Source: Candidatus Iainarchaeum sp.
GTDB taxonomy: Archaea; Iainarchaeota; Iainarchaeia; Iainarchaeales; CSSED10-239
NCBI GenBank assembly: GCA_028700115.1
Contig: JAQVTI010000017.1
Coordinates: forward strand, 1 to 11,966
Direction of reading: 5' to 3'
DNA: 11,966 nt
Shown here piece by piece: positions 1 through 6,041 of the stretch (position 1 is its first letter; each line of letters starts with the position of its first letter). The translations under genes and the position numbers were made by a program. The notes beneath the pieces were generated by a model. The model did not search any database. It saw only the letters and a program-made list of their open reading frames with translations, and was not told the DNA's origin.

Positions 1-2
1 TA

Positions 3-866
3 ATTGATAAAGACAGTTTCATTCTTACCAAGAAAAACAAAAAGGTAATTGTTAAGAAAAGAAAATTAACTTGGCAAAATCCATTAACTATAAAAAATAA
101 ATTAGATAGAATAAAATTTGAATATAGAAATATATTTTTAGTAATTAAATATTTTAATAAATTAGAAATGTATAATGGAGATAAAGAAATCGATATATCT
201 AAAGAATTTATAATCAACTACAAAGGACATAAGATTAAAACAGACTTCTTGCAACTTAAAGAACTAGAATATGGAATTGAAAGTTATAATTTACAATATA
301 GTTTAAAGAAAGGAGACATAGTTTTTGACTTTGGAGGATATCATGGAGTTTACTCTATTTGGGCTAGCGCGCAAGTTGGGGAAACCGGGAAGATTTATTG
401 CTTTGAACCTAATAAAGAAAACTATTCTGTTCTTTTAGAAAATTTAGAAAATAATAATATTACTAATGTTATTCCAATAAATAAAGGAATCTACAATCAA
501 TCTGGGAAAATTAGTTTTTTTAAAAGAGGTCCTGGATCAAGAATTATTGATTCTAGTTTTAAGACAAACACAAAAGATTCAATATGTGAAATTGATGTTA
601 TTCCTCTTTCTCAGTTTATTAAAGAAAAGAATATAACAAAAATTGACTTTATCAAAGCAGACATTGAAGGAGCAGAGATTGAATTTGTTGATGACTATCT
701 AAAAAACCTTCTGCCGCAAGGCTTACGACCAAAGATGGCAATTGCCAGTTACCACTATCGAAAAGAACTAAAAGAAAACACCAGCCGCTCAATTGCAAAA
801 GCATTTAAAGACAAAGTAATAAAAGTAAATATAGGGAATAAGAAACACCTGTGTGTTTTTGTTTAA
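3..866 (+). CDS. FkbM-family SAM-dependent methyltransferase. The 5' end is probably outside the window; the first in-window ATG is at 168.
   Basis: The ORF 168..866 carries a glycine-rich SAM loop, DIVFDFGGYHGVYS (compare FkbM D-x-G-A-x-x-G), and IDFIKADIEGAEIEF, the K-x-D-x-E-G-x-E hallmark of the FkbM/Methyltransf_21 family. The same frame has no stop from nt 3 to 167 (55 codons), which is unlikely by chance in such AT-rich DNA. That stretch contains no ATG, GTG or TTG, so the CDS most likely starts left of the window. Confidence 0.8.
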   Translation: MDKDSFILTKKNKKVIVKKRKLTWQNPLTIKNKLDRIKFEYRNIFLVIKYFNKLEMYNGDKEIDISKEFIINYKGHKIKTDFLQLKELEYGIESYNLQYSLKKGDIVFDFGGYHGVYSIWASAQVGETGKIYCFEPNKENYSVLLENLENNNITNVIPINKGIYNQSGKISFFKRGPGSRIIDSSFKTNTKDSICEIDVIPLSQFIKEKNITKIDFIKADIEGAEIEFVDDYLKNLLPQGLRPKMAIASYHYRKELKENTSRSIAKAFKDKVIKVNIGNKKHLCVFV

Positions 867-881
867 AATTAAAACCAAACG

Positions 882-1559
882 TTATTTCTTTTTAATACAA
901 AAATAAATATTTCCCGAATTTAAATTATTTCTAAAAAAATAATAATTTAAATATGCATAAATTAATCTTTTATTTTTCCACAAACCATTATATTTTGAAA
1001 ATATAAAAACGGGTTTTATTTCTATAATTTCAAATCCGTATTGTAAAAATAATTTATAAAGCTTATCTATAGAATACGAATCTTCATGACCCCATTTATG
1101 AAATGTTTTATTACAATAAGGACATAAAACCATTTCGGAACTTAATTCTTCATTTAAAGGAACAGTCCCTATAAAAAAACCGCCCTTTTTTAATACCCTT
1201 TTTATTTCTATTAAACTTTGTGGAATTTTTTTTTTGTCAATATGCTCTAAAACTTCTGATGCAACAATTAAATCAAAATAATTCGATTCCCAATTTATTT
1301 TTTTTGTAATATCTGAATTAAAAATAACGAAATTCTGATTATTGTTAGTGGTACATATATCTGTTCCATAGACCTCATAATTTTTTGCTAAATTTAAAAG
1401 ATATCCATTACCATAACCTATTTCTAATAAACGTCCTGTTGATTTAAGGTTTTTTAATTTTTTAAATAAATATTCATAACGGCTTTTAAGAAAATTATCG
1501 GTAATTTTATTTTTTTTAAAATAATCATTCCATATGTTTTTTTGAAATTGAGCGTCCAT
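882..1559 (-). CDS. Class I SAM-dependent methyltransferase (Methyltransf_11/23-like) with a CxxC...HxxxH insert
   Basis: Motif I is LLEIGYGNGYL. The acidic post-I residue is in YGTD. Motif II is FDLIVASEVLEHI and motif III is LKKGGFFIGTVP. These are followed by CPYCNKTFHKWGH. Confidence 0.8.
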   Translation of the reverse strand: MDAQFQKNIWNDYFKKNKITDNFLKSRYEYLFKKLKNLKSTGRLLEIGYGNGYLLNLAKNYEVYGTDICTTNNNQNFVIFNSDITKKINWESNYFDLIVASEVLEHIDKKKIPQSLIEIKRVLKKGGFFIGTVPLNEELSSEMVLCPYCNKTFHKWGHEDSYSIDKLYKLFLQYGFEIIEIKPVFIFSKYNGLWKNKRLIYAYLNYYFFRNNLNSGNIYFCIKKK

Positions 1560-1656
1560 ATAATCTTAATTTTTAAATTGTATATTATACTAATAAATAG
1601 ATTAATTTTTAAACAATATCTATAACAAATTATATAAAATTAGTATATGAATTAAT
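1560..1656. promoter_or_regulatory. Divergent intergenic region, presumably holding promoters for 882..1559 (-) and 1657..3157 (+)
   Basis: This is the only sizeable non-coding gap between divergently oriented genes. It has several TATAAT-like strings (tatact, tatataaaat). The 12-nt string ttaatttttaaa occurs twice (1566..1577 and 1602..1613). No transcription start can be assigned from sequence alone. Confidence 0.4.
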
Positions 1657-2421
1657 ATGATTAAAATTGACTATTTAAGATTTCCATTTCGCCTGTCTGA
1701 AATATTATATAATGACTCTGAAGATTTAACTCTGTCACTATCTACTTTTAAAATATATAATTTAATTCAATCTACAGAAATAAATGTGCCGGTCAAATAT
1801 TTAATTTACAAAAAAACATTTTATACTACCAAAATTAATCTTAAAACAGAACTATCCGAAATTTATGATTCCTTTGATAAAAAAAGCACAAAATATGAAA
1901 TTAATTGCGCAAAAAAAGAAACAAATAATATTTCGTTAAAAGTAAATTGCGATTATTCTGAATTTGCAAATCTTTCTAGAAAATATTATTTACAAAAATA
2001 TAATATTTCAAAAGATATTAGCAAAAACCTAGAAAAATATAAAAACTTCGGAGATTTAATTACAATATATTATAATGACAACTTAATTTCTGGAATTTTT
2101 GTAATAAAAGATTATCCCAATAGAATTAGATTATTATATGCATATAGCACCTATTTGGAGAACCCAGATTATAAAAAAAAATCTAGTTATTTAAATAGAT
2201 ATATTCATTGGTGGGCTATTCAAAAATATAAAACCGAAGGATTTTATGAATATGATTTTGGGGGCATAAATATAGACCCGAATTCAAAAACCTATGGCAT
2301 CACTAAATTTAAACTAAGTTTTGGTGGAAAAATTTGTGAAGAATACAATTATCTGATTTCAAAATATGCAAAAATATTAAAACCAATATATAATTTAAAA
2401 TATAGTGATTCTTATGACTGA
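1657..2421 (+). CDS. FemAB-like / GNAT-fold (Acetyltransf_6-like) transferase; substrate unknown
   Basis: The C-terminal region LISGIFVIKD...LLYAYST...YLNRYIHWWAIQKYKTEGFYEYDFGGI...YGITKFKLSFGG matches, by eye, the conserved FemX/FemAB core (W-x-x-I-x-x-A-x-x-x-G-x-x-x-Y-D-F-G-G ... G-x-x-x-F-K-x-x-F-G-G). At 254 aa it is shorter than typical FemAB proteins. Confidence 0.55.
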   Translation: MIKIDYLRFPFRLSEILYNDSEDLTLSLSTFKIYNLIQSTEINVPVKYLIYKKTFYTTKINLKTELSEIYDSFDKKSTKYEINCAKKETNNISLKVNCDYSEFANLSRKYYLQKYNISKDISKNLEKYKNFGDLITIYYNDNLISGIFVIKDYPNRIRLLYAYSTYLENPDYKKKSSYLNRYIHWWAIQKYKTEGFYEYDFGGINIDPNSKTYGITKFKLSFGGKICEEYNYLISKYAKILKPIYNLKYSDSYD

Positions 2422-3157
2422 TAAAAATTTACTTGCTTGGTCAAATAAGTTCTTAGTTAACACATATAATAATTACGATTTATTTCCTGCAGAAAAAAGA
2501 ATATTATCTAAATTAAATTTAAAAAATAAAAAAATTTTAGATGTTGGCATCGGCACTGGTAGGACCACAAATTATTTAATTAAACTATCAACTAAATATA
2601 TGGGTATAGATTATTCTCCAGAAATGATAAAGTCGGCGAAGAAGAAATTTCCTAAAACAGATTTGCGTGTAAAAGATATAAGAAAAATAAAATATAAAAA
2701 CAAATTTGATTTCATATTTTTTTCATATAATGGAATCGACTATTTAAAAAATAAAGAGCGGCACCGTGCTTTTTTAAAATTATATGCTTCGCTTAAAAAA
2801 AATGGATATTTTTTGTATTCTTTTCATAATTATGATGGATATAATCCAAAAAAACCATTATTTCAAAATAATTCGAAAAATATTTTCTTAAAAATTAAAT
2901 CTTTTTTTCGCTATATTATTTGTACTTATAATTATAATAAATTAAAAAAAGAAGAGAACGATTTTCATAATTACGGATATTTTATAGATGGAGGCGGATA
3001 TTTTAATCTTATTACACAATATACTAAGATAAAATCAGAATATAGTTTTCTTAAAAAATATTTCATAGTAACCTTTTTTAATATAAACGGAAAGAAAATT
3101 AACCCAAAGGAAAAACAAACTGATTGGATGATTTATGTATTATGTAAAAAACGATAA
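2414..3157 (+). CDS. Class I SAM-dependent methyltransferase
   Basis: Motif I is ILDVGIGTGRTTNYL, post-I is MGIDYSPEMIKSAKKKF, motif II is FDFIFFSYNGIDYL and motif III is LKKNGYFLYS. I prefer the ATG at 2414 (MTDKNLL...) over the GTG at 2405. It gives an 8-nt overlap (ATGACTGA) with the stop of the preceding gene. Confidence 0.8.
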   Translation: MTDKNLLAWSNKFLVNTYNNYDLFPAEKRILSKLNLKNKKILDVGIGTGRTTNYLIKLSTKYMGIDYSPEMIKSAKKKFPKTDLRVKDIRKIKYKNKFDFIFFSYNGIDYLKNKERHRAFLKLYASLKKNGYFLYSFHNYDGYNPKKPLFQNNSKNIFLKIKSFFRYIICTYNYNKLKKEENDFHNYGYFIDGGGYFNLITQYTKIKSEYSFLKKYFIVTFFNINGKKINPKEKQTDWMIYVLCKKR

Positions 3158-3888
3158 AGATATAATTTAAAGTAATAAAAACAAACAAATAATACATCTA
3201 AAACTTTGTTTCTTTTTATTTTTAATTTATGGACATTTTCAAAATTTATTAAACTATTTTTGTTTTTTAAACAAAAATCATTTATTTCTTGCAATTTCTT
3301 ATTTGTAATATCTTTAGGATGAAAATGATTCACAAAAATTCCGTGCTTAAATAAATCTAACTTAGGATTAAGTTGATTTTTTTGTTGCGGTATGTGTTTT
3401 ACACCAAAATATTCAAAAGGGTAAAGAGAAATACCGTCTACATTTATCAAATTGTATTTATTTAAAATAACCAAGGTGTTTTCGTCATAGTTGTGGGCAG
3501 GAGCAAAAAAATATTTTGGTGTTATATCTAATCTTTTATTTAATATATTAATGCCTGATTTTATCATTTTTTCTTGAATTTCGATATTTAATCCAGAAAA
3601 TTCACTATTTCTATTTAATTTTAATATTCCTTTATTTCCATAATGATACCTATGTTCATACCCGTGTAATGCAATAATAATTTGGTTTGTTTTAATAAAT
3701 GGTTTTAAGTCTTCGATTCTAAATATTGATTTTTTTTCCTTAATTGATTCATCTTTAACTGCGGGAATAACACCCAGTAGTGGTTTTATATTATATTTGT
3801 TTAATAATTTAATAAATTTAATTACATTCTGAGAATTAGGCATATTATCGCAAACATCATCCATTCTAAACAAATTATATTGAGTCAT
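3133..3888 (-). CDS. DUF2334-like protein (predicted polysaccharide deacetylase-fold enzyme)
   Basis: The N-terminal FRMDDV...IKPLLGVIP, then IALHGYEHRY and FFAPAHNYDENT, match the DUF2334 pattern (R-x-D-D-V, IP, H-G-Y-x-H) as I recall it. The start ATG overlaps the upstream stop as ATGA. Confidence 0.6.
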   Translation of the reverse strand: MTQYNLFRMDDVCDNMPNSQNVIKFIKLLNKYNIKPLLGVIPAVKDESIKEKKSIFRIEDLKPFIKTNQIIIALHGYEHRYHYGNKGILKLNRNSEFSGLNIEIQEKMIKSGINILNKRLDITPKYFFAPAHNYDENTLVILNKYNLINVDGISLYPFEYFGVKHIPQQKNQLNPKLDLFKHGIFVNHFHPKDITNKKLQEINDFCLKNKNSLINFENVHKLKIKRNKVLDVLFVCFYYFKLYLYRFLHNT

Positions 3889-4913
3889 TTTATCAACATT
3901 ATATTATTTTCTTTAAATATTTTATCTATTTTATTTTTTATTATTTTTAGGTCATTATTTTTTTTAATATATGTTCTTCCTAATTCTCCCATTTTTTTTA
4001 ATTTTTCTTTTTTATAATAATTCTCTTTAATCAAAGTAATAAACTTATTTAAATCTCCATTTGCACAATAACCCCCGCCACTTTTTTCTAAAAGATAGTC
4101 TGGATTTGCTGAATAAGATATAACTGGCGTTTTATTTGATAACGCTTCTAATGTTGTATTAGGATATCCTTCTGAATAAGAGGTATTTATGTAAATTGAT
4201 GCTAAATTAAAATAATCTTGCATTTTTTGTGGGGCAACTCTGCCTAGTATCTCACAATTCTTGTGTATTGCAATGTCTTTATTTGTAATGCCAACTATTT
4301 TAAATTTAATTTCGGGTAACTCTTCTATGATTTTTTCTAATATATCTAAACCTTTAACTTTATGATTTCTACCAACCCAAAGAACAAAATTTTCATTTTT
4401 ATAATTTGATTTCTGTACGTCTATTGGATTTGGGACTCTATAAATTGGGTGATTATATTTATTTAATTTTTTTTCTTGTATCTCTGTTTGGCAAATAAAT
4501 AAATCAACACAAGGAAATACTAATTTTGGAACATATCTATAATAAAAGGAAGACTCTTTTAGAAATAACCCTACATCTGAGTTGCTAGAGATAAAATAAA
4601 CTATTTTTTTATTATATAATTTTGCTAAATAGAAATAAATTGGAGAAAATCGTGAAAGTGCAAAAAAAACAACAACATCTGCATTTTTAATTGCTGAAAT
4701 TATTTTTATAAAATCTGTTTTTGTGTTTTTTATAAATACATATTTCCGTTTAGAAATATTTACGGGAATATTTTTTAAACTCACTAAAAAAGAGCAATTT
4801 TTATAATCTTTAAATATAGACTGCGCTTTTTTTTCAGCACCACCTGCTGGTTTGCCTTCTAATAATTTGCCTATTTGAGGACAAACTATTAATATCTTCT
4901 GATTACATTTCAT
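3885..4913 (-). CDS. Family 4 (GT-B, retaining-type) glycosyltransferase; paralogue of 10884..11915
   Basis: The C-terminal half carries the GT4 E-x7-E region SEGYPNTTLEALSNKTPVISY. The N-terminus is KILIVCPQ...GGAEKKA. It aligns by eye along its whole length to ORF 10884..11915. Confidence 0.85.
   Translation of the reverse strand: MKCNQKILIVCPQIGKLLEGKPAGGAEKKAQSIFKDYKNCSFLVSLKNIPVNISKRKYVFIKNTKTDFIKIISAIKNADVVVFFALSRFSPIYFYLAKLYNKKIVYFISSNSDVGLFLKESSFYYRYVPKLVFPCVDLFICQTEIQEKKLNKYNHPIYRVPNPIDVQKSNYKNENFVLWVGRNHKVKGLDILEKIIEELPEIKFKIVGITNKDIAIHKNCEILGRVAPQKMQDYFNLASIYINTSYSEGYPNTTLEALSNKTPVISYSANPDYLLEKSGGGYCANGDLNKFITLIKENYYKKEKLKKMGELGRTYIKKNNDLKIIKNKIDKIFKENNIMLIK
4050..4106. repeat. 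Paralogous nucleotide patch, copy 1 (partner 11031..11087)
   Basis: A hand alignment gives 50 of 57 identical positions, including a 19-nt perfect run (taaatctccatttgcacaa). It encodes NPD..LEKS.GG.CANGDL in both GT4 paralogues. Confidence 0.6.
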
Positions 4914-6036
4914 TATATTTACACCAATTATAATAACTTAATATACTCCAATATTTTGGATTATTAGAATCCGAAATAATTTTATTAAAGTAGTGTTCTG
5001 GGATAAACTTTTTAAAATAGTCATATTTTATATCTATTTCCGTTCGCATGTTTTTTAAATCTATAGCAAACCCTTTTTTATCTTTATAAATATTTTCGTT
5101 TAAAACACGATCTTCTACTGATTTTTTAAAAATATATTTCAATATCTTATTGTTAAATCGCAAATTTGGTGGGATTCTATATGACAATTCAATTAATTCA
5201 GAATCCAATAGTGGAGGTCTAGATTCTAAAGATACCGAAAGAGATGCCCGGTCTACTTTTGTTAATATATCATCCGGCAAATATGCTTTAAAGTCTGTTT
5301 CTTGAGCACAATTTAATAAATTATTCTCCTTTATATTAAAATTATTTGATATTACGAAATAATAATATCCGTAATCTGCAAAATAACTTGCTTTTTTAGA
5401 AAAATAATAATTATAATTATTTTCTATTAATTTTTTCCAAATAAAGTCTGTATTTTTTATAATTTGATTTAAAACAGTATATTTGCGCATCTCTCTATAT
5501 CTTTCATAACCCCCAAATAATTCATCTCCCCCATCTCCACTTAAAGAAACAGTCGCATATTTCTTTGCAATTTCAGAAACAAACATCGTTGGAATTTGAG
5601 AAGAATCTCCTAACGGCTCATCATAATATATTGGGACTTTATCTAAGAGTTTATTAAAATCTAAATCTGTTAATATTTTTGTGTGATTAATTTCGATGCC
5701 TATATCTGTATCATTTGCAACAAAGTATATTGTTTTTTTTCCAAATAATTTTGATATAATATAATATAATGGTGTTGCTTTAGATAAAGCTCTTGAACAT
5801 ACTATTTGATGTTTTATTATTATGATTGGAAGCCCTAAATAATATTCTAATTTTGATTTTTTAAATATTACTTCTATATTTTTATAAGATACACTTTTAT
5901 TTTTTGATCCAATAACATAAAAACTAGTGTTCTTTATATTTTGAAAAATATCTATAGACGCTTTTTCGCTGCCACCCGCCGATCCCCCTTCAAATATCTT
6001 GCCGGCTTGAGGTAAAATCACCAATATTTTTTTCAT
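4903..6036 (-). CDS. Chimeric ORF: a GT4-like N-terminal fragment fused in frame to the C-terminal half of an AsnB-type asparagine synthase (amidotransferase). It lacks the glutaminase domain and the PP-loop, so it may be a fusion remnant.
   Basis: Residues about 10-125 (MKKILVILPQAGKIFEGGSAGGSEKA ... KLFGKKTIYFVANDTDIGI) parallel the N-termini of both GT4 paralogues. From about residue 127 the sequence is YYDEPLGDSSQIPTMFVSEIAKKYATVSLSGDGGDELFGGYERY ... YLPDDILTKVDRASLSVSLESRPPLLD, which are Asn_synthase domain hallmarks. I could find no SGGxDS PP-loop, no N-terminal Cys glutaminase domain and no GT E-x7-E half. I prefer the start at M10 (ATG 6036), 5 nt after the upstream stop. Confidence 0.7.
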   Translation of the reverse strand: MKKILVILPQAGKIFEGGSAGGSEKASIDIFQNIKNTSFYVIGSKNKSVSYKNIEVIFKKSKLEYYLGLPIIIIKHQIVCSRALSKATPLYYIISKLFGKKTIYFVANDTDIGIEINHTKILTDLDFNKLLDKVPIYYDEPLGDSSQIPTMFVSEIAKKYATVSLSGDGGDELFGGYERYREMRKYTVLNQIIKNTDFIWKKLIENNYNYYFSKKASYFADYGYYYFVISNNFNIKENNLLNCAQETDFKAYLPDDILTKVDRASLSVSLESRPPLLDSELIELSYRIPPNLRFNNKILKYIFKKSVEDRVLNENIYKDKKGFAIDLKNMRTEIDIKYDYFKKFIPEHYFNKIISDSNNPKYWSILSYYNWCKYNEM

Positions 6037-6041
6037 GATTT

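Noticed and set aside
855-880. Possible bidirectional terminator hairpin between the convergent genes 168..866 and 882..1559
   Set aside because: The stem (gtttttgttt / aaaccaaac) is short and almost all A-T, with only two G-C pairs plus a mismatch and a bulge. It also overlaps the coding end of the plus-strand gene. It is too weak to call.
2405-2413. GTG start for the second class I methyltransferase
   Set aside because: An ATG three codons downstream (2414) is the more conventional start, and it still overlaps the preceding stop for coupling.
4903-6036. Reading the chimeric ORF as a simple assembly or frameshift artefact of a full-length asnB
   Set aside because: The N-terminal 115 aa are not out-of-frame AsnB sequence. 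They align to the GT4 paralogues. I also saw no glutaminase or PP-loop coding potential in the other frames of 5690..6036, which are filled by this ORF. An assembly chimera between the paralogous GT genes cannot be excluded without reads.
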